From a virus (Duplodnaviria > Caudoviricetes): DNA of 35,131 nt. Shown here piece after piece: positions 7,146 through 17,222 of this stretch (the first letter of the stretch is position 1; every line of letters starts with the position of its first letter). Under the pieces are notes generated by a model. That model was not told the origin of the DNA and did not search any database. It saw nothing but the letters and a program-made list of their open reading frames with translations. The DNA is taken from positions 1 through 35,131 of the IMG/VR virus record IMGVR_UViG_3300017766_004089; one strand, given 5' to 3'. A program made the position numbers and the translations under genes.

Positions 7146-9646
7146 TGAGATTCTATACAAACGTTCAAATGGTCGGGGACCACTTCTTGGTCCGTGGTTA
7201 TGAAAATGGAAGACATTTTATGACCCGTGAGAAGTTTAACCCGACTCTTTTTGTCCCTTCTAATAAAAAAACTAAATATCAAACACTGAACGGGGAGTAT
7301 GTTGAAGCAGTTCAACCTGGATGTGTCCGTGACTGTAGAGAGTTTATTAAGAAGTATGATAATGTAGAAAACTTTAAAATCTATGGAAATACTGGATACA
7401 TCTATCAGTATATTTCAGAAATGTATCCTGAGGATGAAGTAAAGTTTGATATTAGTAAAATTAAAGTTACGACTCTGGATATTGAGGTTGCATCTGAAAA
7501 TGGATTCCCTGATGTAGAATCTGCTTCAGAGGAAGTTCTTTTGATTACCATTCAAGATTATTCTTCTAAACAAATTCGTACTTGGGGACTGGGACCATTT
7601 AACAATAAACAGAAAAATGTAATCTATAGATCTTTTACTACCGAAAGAGATCTATTGATGGACTTCATTAATTGGTGGATGGTTGAGGAAAACATTCCAG
7701 AAGTTGTGACTGGGTGGAACGTTGAACTTTATGATATTCCATATCTTGTTCGTCGTCTTGATCGTGTTCTTGGTGAAAAGTTGATGAAGCGTATGTCTCC
7801 TTGGGGACTTGTTACTGAAGATGAAATTTATATTGCAGGACGTAAAAACATTTCTTATGACGTGGGTGGAATTACTCAACTTGATTATCTGAATCTTTAT
7901 AAGAAGTTTACTTATAAAGCACAGGAATCTTATCGTCTGGATTATATTGCCGAAGTTGAACTTGGGCAAAAGAAACTAGACCACTCTGAGTTTGATACTT
8001 TTAAAGATTTCTATACTAAGGGGTGGCAAAAGTTTGTAGAATATAACATCGTTGACGTAGAACTTGTTGACCGTTTGGAAGACAAGATGAAGTTGATTGA
8101 ACTTGCGATCACAATGGCATATGACGCTAAAGCGAACTATGCTGATGTGTTCTCGCAAGTTAGGATGTGGGATACGATCATTTATAACTATCTAAAGAAG
8201 AGGAATATTGTTATTCCTCCTAAAGAACGTTCTGATAAGGATTCCAAATATGCTGGTGCGTATGTTAAAGAACCTATTCCAGGAAAGTATGACTGGGTTG
8301 TGTCTTTTGACCTCAACTCCCTATACCCTCACCTCATTATGCAGTACAATATCTCGCCAGAAACTCTTCTGGAAGAGAAGCATCCAACGGTAAATGTTGA
8401 CAAAATTCTGGGTGAACAGTTGAATTTTGAATTATATAAGGACTATGCGGTATGTGCGAATGGTGCTATGTATCGCAAAGACGTTCGCGGTTTTCTTCCA
8501 GAATTGATGGAAAAGATTTATAATGAACGTGTAATCTTTAAGAAAAAGATGCTTGCTGCTGAGCAGGAATATGAAAAAACTAAGAACAAACAACTGATTA
8601 AAGAAATTGCAAGGTGCAATAACATTCAAATGGCGAGGAAAATTCAACTTAACTCTGCCTATGGTGCTATTGGTAACCAGTATTTTCGTTATTTTAAACT
8701 CGCAAATGCTGAGGCAATCACTCTTTCGGGTCAGGTATCTATTCAATGGATTATGAATTCTATGAATGGATATTTAAATAAAGTTCTTAAAAGTGGAGAT
8801 GTAGATTATGTTATTGCTTCTGATACTGATTCTCTTTATGTTAATATGGGTCCGTTGGTGGACAAGGTATTCGCAGGAAGAGAGAAAACTAGTGAAAGCG
8901 TTGTTTCGTTCCTTGATAAGGTCTGTAAGGTGGAATTTGAAAAGTATATTGAAAGTTCTTACCAAAAACTGGCGGACTATGTGAATGCTTATGATCAGAA
9001 GATGTTTATGAAGCGAGAGTGTATTGCTGAGCGTGGTATTTGGACTGCGAAAAAGCGATACATTCTGAGTGTGTGGGATAGTGAAGGTGTTCGTTATGAA
9101 GAACCTAAACTTAAGATCAAAGGTATTGAGGCAATCAAATCTTCTACTCCAGCACCTTGTAGGAAGATGTTGAAGGATTCTTTTAAGATTCTAATGAATG
9201 GAAATGAAGATGATTTGATTGATTATATTGATCAGTGTCGTGAAGAGTTTAAGAAACTTCCACCAGAGCAAATTGCATTTCCAAAATCTGCTTCTGATGT
9301 TCGCAAGTATCACTCACCATCTTCAATTTATGCATTTAAAACTCCATTTCATGTTCGTGGAGCACTTCTATTCAATCATTATATTAAAGAGAAAAAACTT
9401 ACAAACAAATACTCTTTGATTAACAATGGTGAAAAAATTAAATACATTTATTTAAAAACTCCAAATATTATTCGTGAAAATGTAATTGCCTTTATTCAAG
9501 AATTTCCCAGAGAACTTGGTCTTGACAAATACATCGACTATGATTTACAATTTGAAAAGAGTTTTGTTGATCCACTTAAGTCTGTTCTAGATGCAATTGG
9601 ATGGAATGTAGAAAAAACTGTTAATTTAGATTTATTTTTTACCTAA
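7145..9646 (+). CDS. gp43: family B DNA polymerase
   Basis: ExoI LDIEV, ExoII GWNVELYDIPY, region II SFDLNSLYP, KIQLNSAYG, ASDTDS, KKRY. Confidence 0.97.
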   Translation: MRFYTNVQMVGDHFLVRGYENGRHFMTREKFNPTLFVPSNKKTKYQTLNGEYVEAVQPGCVRDCREFIKKYDNVENFKIYGNTGYIYQYISEMYPEDEVKFDISKIKVTTLDIEVASENGFPDVESASEEVLLITIQDYSSKQIRTWGLGPFNNKQKNVIYRSFTTERDLLMDFINWWMVEENIPEVVTGWNVELYDIPYLVRRLDRVLGEKLMKRMSPWGLVTEDEIYIAGRKNISYDVGGITQLDYLNLYKKFTYKAQESYRLDYIAEVELGQKKLDHSEFDTFKDFYTKGWQKFVEYNIVDVELVDRLEDKMKLIELAITMAYDAKANYADVFSQVRMWDTIIYNYLKKRNIVIPPKERSDKDSKYAGAYVKEPIPGKYDWVVSFDLNSLYPHLIMQYNISPETLLEEKHPTVNVDKILGEQLNFELYKDYAVCANGAMYRKDVRGFLPELMEKIYNERVIFKKKMLAAEQEYEKTKNKQLIKEIARCNNIQMARKIQLNSAYGAIGNQYFRYFKLANAEAITLSGQVSIQWIMNSMNGYLNKVLKSGDVDYVIASDTDSLYVNMGPLVDKVFAGREKTSESVVSFLDKVCKVEFEKYIESSYQKLADYVNAYDQKMFMKRECIAERGIWTAKKRYILSVWDSEGVRYEEPKLKIKGIEAIKSSTPAPCRKMLKDSFKILMNGNEDDLIDYIDQCREEFKKLPPEQIAFPKSASDVRKYHSPSSIYAFKTPFHVRGALLFNHYIKEKKLTNKYSLINNGEKIKYIYLKTPNIIRENVIAFIQEFPRELGLDKYIDYDLQFEKSFVDPLKSVLDAIGWNVEKTVNLDLFFT

Positions 9647-9771
9647 TGGAATTACCAATAACTGAAAGTGAATTGGAAATTATTATTGAAAAGTTGAGAT
9701 CATCTAATCCTCAACTTTATGCTAAATTATGGTCTTATAAAGTAAACTGTCGAAAAAAGGAACAAAAATAA
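9646..9771 (+). CDS. small hypothetical protein (41 aa), not in ORF track
   Basis: TAATG overlaps at both ends (gp43 stop and uvsX start); [41 protein letters not shown]. Confidence 0.65.
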   Translation: MELPITESELEIIIEKLRSSNPQLYAKLWSYKVNCRKKEQK

Positions 9772-10778
9772 TGGACTTTCTTAAAGATATTGTAAAAGAA
9801 ATTGGCGATGACTATACTAAAATAGCATCGGATATTGATGAGACTGAGAGTTATGTTGACACGGGTTCTTACATTCTTAATGCACTGGTTTCAGGTAGCA
9901 TATTTGGTGGTGTATCTGGGAATAAGATTACTGCTATTGCTGGAGAGTCTAGTACTGGAAAGACTTTCTTCAGCATCGCCGTTGTTAAGAATTTTCTTGA
10001 TAATCATCCCGATGGTTATTGTCTCTATTTTGATACCGAGGCTGCCATTACCAAATCTCTCTTGGAGAGTCGCGGCATCGACACATCAAGGCTTGTCGTG
10101 GTTAATGTTGTCACCGTAGAAGAATTCCGCACTAAAGCACTTAAAGCGGTAGATCTTTATATGAAAAAACCAGAAGGGGAGCGCAATCCTTGTATGTTTG
10201 TGCTAGACTCTTTGGGAATGCTTTCTACAAGTAAGGAGATCACCGATGCCTTAAATGAAAAAGAAGTTCGTGATATGACTAAATCACAACTTATTAAAGG
10301 TGCTTTCCGAATGCTCACTCTTAAATTGGTGCAGGCAAATATTCCTATGATTGTGACAAATCATACTTATGATGTGATTGGTGCTTATGTTCCTACTAAA
10401 GAAATGGGTGGTGGTAGTGGTCTTAAGTATGCCGCTTCTACTATCATTTATCTCAGTAAGAAAAAGGAGAAGGATGGAACAGAAATCGTCGGAAACATTA
10501 TTAAGGCAAAGACTCACAAGTCACGTTTAAGTAAGGAAAATCAAGATGTGGAGATTCGTCTTTTTTATGATGAACGCGGTCTTGATCGATATTATGGGTT
10601 GCTTGAACTTGGTGAGATTGGCGGTTTATGGAAAAATGTTGCGGGGCGTTATGAGATTGATGGAAAAAAAATCTACGGAAAGCAAATCCTTGCCAATCCA
10701 GAAGAATATTTTACTGAAGAAGTAATGAACAAACTTGATGCTATCGCAAAACAACAATTCTCTTATGGAACGAATTGA
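9771..10778 (+). CDS. uvsX: RecA-like recombinase
   Basis: Walker [37 protein letters not shown]. Confidence 0.93.
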   Translation: MDFLKDIVKEIGDDYTKIASDIDETESYVDTGSYILNALVSGSIFGGVSGNKITAIAGESSTGKTFFSIAVVKNFLDNHPDGYCLYFDTEAAITKSLLESRGIDTSRLVVVNVVTVEEFRTKALKAVDLYMKKPEGERNPCMFVLDSLGMLSTSKEITDALNEKEVRDMTKSQLIKGAFRMLTLKLVQANIPMIVTNHTYDVIGAYVPTKEMGGGSGLKYAASTIIYLSKKKEKDGTEIVGNIIKAKTHKSRLSKENQDVEIRLFYDERGLDRYYGLLELGEIGGLWKNVAGRYEIDGKKIYGKQILANPEEYFTEEVMNKLDAIAKQQFSYGTN

Positions 10779-12144
10779 GACCACTATTCTCAGAAATTTA
10801 GTATTCAATGAAGATTATTCTAGAAAGGTCATACCTTTCATACAACCAGATTATTTTGAACATAAGTCTGAAAAAGTTATTTTTGAAGAGATTACTCAAT
10901 TCATTGTAAAATATGGTTCAGCAATTACAGTTGAAGCACTTAATATTGAGGTAGAAAACCGAACAGACTTAACTGAAGATCAGATTAAAGAAATCAGGGA
11001 AATTAATAAAAATTTGAATGATTTCCCCGCAGATAAGCAGTGGTTACTTGATACCACTGAAAGATGGTGTCGTGATCGTGCCATTTATTTGGCACTTATG
11101 GAAAGCATTCATATTGCCGATGGAAATGATTCAAAAAAGAATAGAGATGCTATCCCTAGCATCCTTTCTGATGCTCTTGCAGTTAGTTTTGATAATAATA
11201 TCGGTCACGATTACTTAAATAACTATGAAGAACGATATGAGTATTATCACAGAAAGGAGGATAAAATTGAATTTGATCTTGAATACTTTAATAAAATTAC
11301 CAAAGGCGGTCTCCCTAACAAAACTCTTAATATCGCTCTTGCTGGTACGGGCGTCGGGAAGTCTCTATTCATGTGCCATGTGGCTAGCTCCGTCTTGCTC
11401 CAAGGGCGGAACGTTTTGTACATTACAATGGAAATGGCAGAAGAAAAAATTGCTGAGCGAATTGATGCAAATCTCTTGAATGTACCTATTCAGCAGTTGG
11501 AGGAATTACCAAGATCCACCTTTGAAAACAAGGTAACTAATCTTGCAAAGAAAACTAGTGGATCTCTTATAATTAAAGAATATCCAACCGCTTCCGCACA
11601 TAGTGGTCATTTTAAGGCACTTCTTAACGAACTTGCACTTAAGAAGTCATTTAGACCTGATATTATTTTCGTTGATTACCTTAATATTTGTGCTTCCAGC
11701 AGGTATAAAGGAAACAGCAATATCAATTCATATACATTTGTTAAAGCAATTGCTGAAGAACTTAGGGGACTCGCCGTTGAGTTTAATGTCCCGATTGTCT
11801 CCGCTACTCAGACCACTCGTTCAGGTTTTGGTTCTTCTGATGTTGAACTTACTGATACTTCTGAATCCTTTGGTCTTCCTGCTACTGCTGATCTTATGTT
11901 TGCCCTTATTAGCACTGAAGAGTTGGAGCAACTTGGGCAGATTATGGTAAAACAACTTAAGAATAGGTATAATGATCCTACAATCTTTAAGCGTTTTATT
12001 GTCGGTATTGATAGGGCAAAGATGAGACTTTATGATTGTGAACAAACTGCCCAGAAAGACATACTTGACTCTGGACAGGATAGCGAGTATAATGATTACG
12101 AAGAAAAAAAACCTAAAAAGTCGTTTGAAGGATTTAAATTTTAA
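10765..12144 (+). CDS. gp41: replicative DNA helicase (DnaB-like)
   Basis: AGTGVGKS Walker A, ITMEM, FVDYL, SATQTTR, QLKNRY. Confidence 0.95.
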   Translation: MERIETTILRNLVFNEDYSRKVIPFIQPDYFEHKSEKVIFEEITQFIVKYGSAITVEALNIEVENRTDLTEDQIKEIREINKNLNDFPADKQWLLDTTERWCRDRAIYLALMESIHIADGNDSKKNRDAIPSILSDALAVSFDNNIGHDYLNNYEERYEYYHRKEDKIEFDLEYFNKITKGGLPNKTLNIALAGTGVGKSLFMCHVASSVLLQGRNVLYITMEMAEEKIAERIDANLLNVPIQQLEELPRSTFENKVTNLAKKTSGSLIIKEYPTASAHSGHFKALLNELALKKSFRPDIIFVDYLNICASSRYKGNSNINSYTFVKAIAEELRGLAVEFNVPIVSATQTTRSGFGSSDVELTDTSESFGLPATADLMFALISTEELEQLGQIMVKQLKNRYNDPTIFKRFIVGIDRAKMRLYDCEQTAQKDILDSGQDSEYNDYEEKKPKKSFEGFKF

Positions 12145-12560
12145 TGGAACAAGCAAAGCACGTTAATTTCAATAAGTACGCTGAATTTGTTGATGCTGTA
12201 ACTTCTGATGCATCAAAAGACTTTCTTGCTCTTTCTGATCGTCTGGTTCAACTGGATGAGAAAGGTGCAAATATTGAACGCCTTCTGACCGCCTCAGTTG
12301 GTATTAATGCTGAAGGTGGTGAATTTTTGGAAATTGTTAAAAAGATGGTATTCCAAGGCAAACCTTATAATGAGGACAATCGTGAGCACCTGATTATTGA
12401 ACTTGGTGATATTATGTGGTATGTTGCTCAAGCTTGTATGGCGCTTGGTGTTAGTATTGATGATGTGGTTGCCCGTAACGTTCAAAAACTTTTGAAGCGT
12501 TATCCTGAAGGTGCCTTTGATGTTTATTTCTCAGAAAATCGTGCTGAGGGAGACCTATGA
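12144..12560 (+). CDS. mazG: MazG nucleotide pyrophosphohydrolase
   Basis: GINAEGGEFLEIVKK, ELGDIMWY, NVQKLLKRYP. Confidence 0.88.
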   Translation: MEQAKHVNFNKYAEFVDAVTSDASKDFLALSDRLVQLDEKGANIERLLTASVGINAEGGEFLEIVKKMVFQGKPYNEDNREHLIIELGDIMWYVAQACMALGVSIDDVVARNVQKLLKRYPEGAFDVYFSENRAEGDL

Positions 12561-12745
12561 CCAAACAAAAACAAGTAACAATTAAACTAGATCTTCGTTC
12601 TGCTGCCGCAGTTCGTCAAGTTCTTTTTGACTCCCAAAAAGGATATACTTATAATCAAACAAGTATTCCTCCAAGAATTATTGATATTCGTAATGTAATT
12701 TATGATCTTGACGATAAAATTGCCTGTGCTATTGATCCAGAATAA
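12557..12745 (+). CDS. small hypothetical protein
   Basis: ATGA coupling to mazG, SD GAGGGAG. Confidence 0.6.
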   Translation: MTKQKQVTIKLDLRSAAAVRQVLFDSQKGYTYNQTSIPPRIIDIRNVIYDLDDKIACAIDPE

Positions 12746-12757
12746 ATATCTAAAAAA

Positions 12758-13165
12758 ATGTCTTTGATTGGGAAAACAAAAGGAAGACCAATATCAAGAA
12801 TGCAATTTGATGCTATTCTTAAAAGATTTTTGGTCTTTCTTAAAAGAGAATTAAGCATTACTTATGATATTCCAATCATTCTTATTGACGACACTTCTTA
12901 TGCTAAAAAAAATAAAGCATTTGGAGAAATTACTGATAAAAATATAATTTTTATCAGTATAATCAATAGGCATCCTATGGACATTTTGAGAACAGTTGCT
13001 CACGAGTATTTTCATTATAAACAGAATCTAGAAAAAAAACTTTTGCATAGAAGTTCTAATCCAGGGAGCCCAACAGAAAACCAGGCAAATGCCAAAGCTG
13101 GAGAACTGATGCGAAAGTATGGAAATCTTCATCCAGAACTATTTGACTTTATGCCACTTCGGTGA
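12758..13165 (+). CDS. hypothetical protein with HExxH metallopeptidase motif
   Basis: LRTVAHEYFHYKQ...ENQANAKAG; late promoter TAAATA at 12743-12748. Confidence 0.65.
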   Translation: MSLIGKTKGRPISRMQFDAILKRFLVFLKRELSITYDIPIILIDDTSYAKKNKAFGEITDKNIIFISIINRHPMDILRTVAHEYFHYKQNLEKKLLHRSSNPGSPTENQANAKAGELMRKYGNLHPELFDFMPLR

Positions 13166-13171
13166 TATACT
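13143..13171 (+). promoter_or_regulatory. sigma70-type promoter for tRNA pair
   Basis: TTGACT-N17-TATACT ending 15 nt before tRNA-Ala. Confidence 0.65.
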
Positions 13172-13185
13172 AGTCTTGTTCTACT

Positions 13186-13258
13186 GGGGAATTAGCTCAT
13201 TTGGTAGAGCGCCTGCTTTGCACGCAGGAGGTAAGGGGTTCGACTCCCCTATTCTCCA
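13186..13258 (+). tRNA. tRNA-Ala(TGC)
   Basis: Cloverleaf: GGGGAAT/ATTCTCC acceptor, CCTGC-TT-TGC-AC-GCAGG, GGTTCGA. Confidence 0.93.
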
Positions 13259-13261
13259 TTT

Positions 13262-13344
13262 GCTCAAGTGGCGGAATTGGTAGACGCAGCAGGTTTAGGT
13301 CCTGCCGCCTTTATGGTGTGGGGGTTCAAATCCCTTCTTGAGCA
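13262..13344 (+). tRNA. tRNA-Leu(TAG)
   Basis: GCTCAAG/CTTGAGC acceptor, GCAGG-TT-TAG-GT-CCTGC, long variable arm, GGTTCAA. Confidence 0.92.
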
Positions 13345-13361
13345 CTAAATAATTTCAAAAA

Positions 13362-14654
13362 ATGGCAACTTCTGGTAAAGATTCTTGGAAAAAATACTAC
13401 GAAGGAAATGATGGCGTCGTTGTAGAAGTTAAAAAATCTGCACCTTATTATGCTGACGAAACGACATCCAAGCAGGAAGGAACACTACCTTTAAGAGGAA
13501 AAGTTACTTACAGGGATATATTTTCACAACATATTAAAGGGGGTGGTAATAATAAAATTGCCTTTCAGTTTAATGAAAATGGATCAGTTTATTATTCGCC
13601 TATAGATAATTTCCGTAAGCCTGGCGGAGTTTCTGGTGTTGGTCTAAAACCAAAAGATTTTGGTGTAGAAAATACAACATTTATATCTACAACTTCTTAT
13701 TACAATACTATTGTTGATTCATTAAACACTAGAGTTAGTAATGGAGAAATTGGAGGTGAATTATATGAGTATCTTTTTGCGGTTTTAAATTATGCTAAAA
13801 CTGGAACAACTTCTTTTAATGATATTCAAAAAGATGGATTGCCTTGGGGAGAAATAAATTCATATTTTGGAGAAGTTGCTGGTCCTATAGCGTGTGTAAG
13901 TGGTCGTTGTTCTGGATTAAGTCAACTTATATCCTCACCTTCCTCTTGTAAAATTTACATTCCTAGTGATTCTGTTGCTTTGTATGACTACAAATTAATT
14001 AATTCTTCGACTGGTGAAGAGTATATGATTTCCGCTAAAAGAGGAGGATCTGTTTCTAACGTTGTTAAACCTCAATTTGTTGTAGGTCCTTTGAATGAGG
14101 TTACAACTGACAGTAACCTTACACGATTAAAAAATACTCTTGCATATAGAGTTCTTCAATTATTGGCGGATAACGAAGCAAAATCTGGTCCTTTTTATGC
14201 ATATCAAGCAATATATCCAAACCTACTAACTAGTACTATGATTTCTAGTATATTATCTGTTTATAGAGTCAATACTGATTCCAATAAAAGTATACCAGAT
14301 CTTCAATTAATTCTTCCATTTATAGATAGATTTAAAGGTTCTTATCCTGCTATGTCTGGAAAAAAACCTCAAGATATGAGTGTTGGATTAATACGATATG
14401 TATGTGAGCAGGAAATTGCAAAATGGTCTACTACACCAACAGCAAATGCAAATTTAAAGAATATTTTTGAAAAATATTTGAATCAAACTAGAGTTATTTA
14501 CGTTAAGATGACTGCAAATGCATCCCAGAATCCCTCTTTTTCCGCATCTTATACCACAGAACTAAATAGCGTATCTAGAGTTATTAGAGTTGCAATACGA
14601 ACTAAAAATGGTGTAGAACGAATTGATGATAAGATTGGATATCAGGTCAGTTGA
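13362..14654 (+). CDS. hypothetical protein, possible PD-(D/E)xK nuclease fold
   Basis: 430 aa; YFGEV...LYDY...MISAK spacing suggests E-D-(S)xK; late promoter TAAATA 13346-13351. Confidence 0.55.
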   Translation: MATSGKDSWKKYYEGNDGVVVEVKKSAPYYADETTSKQEGTLPLRGKVTYRDIFSQHIKGGGNNKIAFQFNENGSVYYSPIDNFRKPGGVSGVGLKPKDFGVENTTFISTTSYYNTIVDSLNTRVSNGEIGGELYEYLFAVLNYAKTGTTSFNDIQKDGLPWGEINSYFGEVAGPIACVSGRCSGLSQLISSPSSCKIYIPSDSVALYDYKLINSSTGEEYMISAKRGGSVSNVVKPQFVVGPLNEVTTDSNLTRLKNTLAYRVLQLLADNEAKSGPFYAYQAIYPNLLTSTMISSILSVYRVNTDSNKSIPDLQLILPFIDRFKGSYPAMSGKKPQDMSVGLIRYVCEQEIAKWSTTPTANANLKNIFEKYLNQTRVIYVKMTANASQNPSFSASYTTELNSVSRVIRVAIRTKNGVERIDDKIGYQVS

Positions 14655-14706
14655 CAAACTGGCACAAGGCATTTTTACATAGGGCAAATGGCGCTATAAT
14701 ACTTGT

Positions 14707-15900
14707 ATGGCAAAAAACACTCACCTAGAACACTTAGAAGACGACATCCTGAATCAAGGATCTCAGGGTGGGAGGAATGCGATTGCATTTTTGCGTGAGC
14801 TTGGAAAAATGTTATCTGCAAAAAGTTCAAGTATTGATATTACCACAAAGTGGGACGGTGCTCCTGCTGTAATTTGTGGAACTAATCCTGAGAATGGATT
14901 ATTTTTTGTTGGCACCAAATCTGTATTTGCAAAAACTGAACCTAAACTTTGTTATTCTGAGCAGGATATCATTAACTTCTATGGTTATGGACAACTGACA
15001 GATAAACTAAAGGCTTGTCTCAAATACTTAAAAAATATTGGGATCAAGGGGGTTATTCAGGGAGATCTTCTCTTCACTAATGATAAAAATACTGGATTTA
15101 TTGATGGGCAGAATGTAATTTATTTTCGTCCAAATACTATCACTTATGCAGTTCCAGCAGATAGTGAACTGGGTTCTAAAATTAACTCTGCAAAGATTGG
15201 TGTAGTTTTTCACACAAGTTATAGTGGGCCAACTATTGCTGAGATGAATGCATCTTTTGGTGTGGATATTAGTTCATTTCGCCAGTCTTCCGACGTTTAT
15301 GTAACTTCTGCATCTTTTAGGGATGCTAGTGGAGTTGCTAATTTTACTGATGAAGAATTTAGAAATTATAATTCTGCAGTAAATGTTGCTGAAGGTTCTC
15401 TTCGTCAGGCATCTGCATTCCTTGATGTGCTTACTGCAACTGGAGAATCCAAGTTTCTAATGTCCACTCTCTTCAAGAGGTTCTTTAACAGTTATATCAG
15501 TAAGGGTATTGCTATGCCAAATACTCGTTCGGTAACTGATGAATTTAAAACTTTCTATTCAAATCTCTTAGATAAAGAGATTCTATCCAAAAAAACAAAA
15601 GCGGCACAAGATAAATATTTAAAAATAAAAACAGAAGGTTTGCAATTTATTAAAACTAATGATCGGGCAATTTATATGACAGTTGCTTCTTATATGAATC
15701 TTCAAAAGGCAAAAACTCTTATTATTCGTCAACTTTCCAGAGTTAATACTTTTGGAACGTTTCTCAAAACTGATGATGGATATAAGGTTACTGCTCCAGA
15801 AGGGTTTGTTGCCATTAAGACTGGTAATGCACTTAAACTGGTTGATCGTTTAGAGTTTAGTAGAGCAAACTTTACTGTAGCAAAAGATTGGGATAAATGA
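14707..15900 (+). CDS. conserved T4-like cyanophage protein (DUF6267-like) with ligase-type nucleotidyltransferase motifs
   Basis: MAKNTHLEHLED N-terminus; TTKWDG, IQGDLLF, EGFVA, LKLVDR; TATAAT at 14695-14700. Confidence 0.7.
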   Translation: MAKNTHLEHLEDDILNQGSQGGRNAIAFLRELGKMLSAKSSSIDITTKWDGAPAVICGTNPENGLFFVGTKSVFAKTEPKLCYSEQDIINFYGYGQLTDKLKACLKYLKNIGIKGVIQGDLLFTNDKNTGFIDGQNVIYFRPNTITYAVPADSELGSKINSAKIGVVFHTSYSGPTIAEMNASFGVDISSFRQSSDVYVTSASFRDASGVANFTDEEFRNYNSAVNVAEGSLRQASAFLDVLTATGESKFLMSTLFKRFFNSYISKGIAMPNTRSVTDEFKTFYSNLLDKEILSKKTKAAQDKYLKIKTEGLQFIKTNDRAIYMTVASYMNLQKAKTLIIRQLSRVNTFGTFLKTDDGYKVTAPEGFVAIKTGNALKLVDRLEFSRANFTVAKDWDK

Positions 15901-17207
15901 AAAGTTTTTCTAAGTTTTTAATTAATTTACAAGAAACCGCCGCATCCTTACAGGCAACTAGACTTGGATTGCAAGGTGATGGGCACGGTGGATGGTATAA
16001 GGATGGTGAATTTGTTGCTAAAACTGTAAAAGGACAACTTAAATTCTTTAATAAGAGGCAGGCAATAGGGAAAGATCCTTCTCAAACAGAACTGGAAAAA
16101 AATGTTTCAGATCCTAATTTTCAGGATCCAGCGATTGCTCAGCAGCAGGCTGCCGTACAGGGGCAGCAACAAGAAGTTCCTCCAGAACAGCAGCAAGCGG
16201 GACAGGAAGCACCTCCAGTCAATTATCTTCCAGTAGAAAAAACTAAAGGAACTTTAACTGTTGCGTTTGGTAGATTTAATCCACCTCATCTTGGTCACCT
16301 TCAATTGATGGATACTGCAGCCTCTGCTGCTGAGCAGGAAGGGAGTGATTATATGATTGTTCCTTCTCGCACACAGGACAAGAAAAAGAATCCTCTGGAT
16401 GCTGATACCAAGGTTTCACTTATGAGATCTATGTTCCCTCAGCATAGTGAGAGAATCGCAAATGATGTAAGTACCAGAACTATTTTTGATGTACTCAAGA
16501 AGGCTCATAATGATGGATATGCAAATGTGAGAATTGTAGGGGGAGCAGATAGGGTTAAAGAATTCAATAAATTGGCGACCAATTATAACGGAAATCTATA
16601 CCAGTTTGATAATATTGAGGTTGTTTCTGCAGGAGATCGTGATCCAGATTCTGACGGTGTTGAAGGTCTTTCTGCATCAAGAATGAGACTTGCTGCTTCT
16701 GAGGGAGATTTTAAAACCTTCAGATCTGGAATGCCACCTGAAATGAAACCAAAAGATGCCAGAGCAATTTTTGATACTGTTCGCCAGGCTATGGGTATTC
16801 AGGATCAGGTTGCTGAAGTTTGGGAGATTGCACCTAAGTTTGATCAAAAGTCTCTTCGTGAGAATTATATTAATGAGGTAATTTTCAGAATTGGACAACT
16901 TGTTGAAAACCTGAATACTGGATTGGTAGGAAGAATCATTCGTAGAGGGACAAATTATTTAATTTGTGTAACCGAAGACAATATTATGTTTAAGTCATGG
17001 ATTAAGGATGTGAATGAAGCATATACTGAAAAGCATATGGATAGGATGTATAGAGAACCTGGAAAACCTAATACACTAGTTGGAACAACTGGATATCTTA
17101 AGTATGTTAATAAACAAACTAAAGGTTCTCAACTTGGAAAAGAAAATCTTGCTTTTGGGCAGAAAAACTTCGGTCTTAATTTCATAAATAAATATAGAAA
17201 AAAGTAG
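15897..17207 (+). CDS. HxGH-family nucleotidyltransferase ('cytidyltransferase') with N- and C-terminal extensions
   Basis: FGRFNPPHLGH, KNPL, VGGADR, SAGDRDPD, SASRMR; ATGA coupling to upstream gene. Confidence 0.8.
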   Translation: MKSFSKFLINLQETAASLQATRLGLQGDGHGGWYKDGEFVAKTVKGQLKFFNKRQAIGKDPSQTELEKNVSDPNFQDPAIAQQQAAVQGQQQEVPPEQQQAGQEAPPVNYLPVEKTKGTLTVAFGRFNPPHLGHLQLMDTAASAAEQEGSDYMIVPSRTQDKKKNPLDADTKVSLMRSMFPQHSERIANDVSTRTIFDVLKKAHNDGYANVRIVGGADRVKEFNKLATNYNGNLYQFDNIEVVSAGDRDPDSDGVEGLSASRMRLAASEGDFKTFRSGMPPEMKPKDARAIFDTVRQAMGIQDQVAEVWEIAPKFDQKSLRENYINEVIFRIGQLVENLNTGLVGRIIRRGTNYLICVTEDNIMFKSWIKDVNEAYTEKHMDRMYREPGKPNTLVGTTGYLKYVNKQTKGSQLGKENLAFGQKNFGLNFINKYRKK

Positions 17208-17222
17208 AATTAAGATTTTCAA

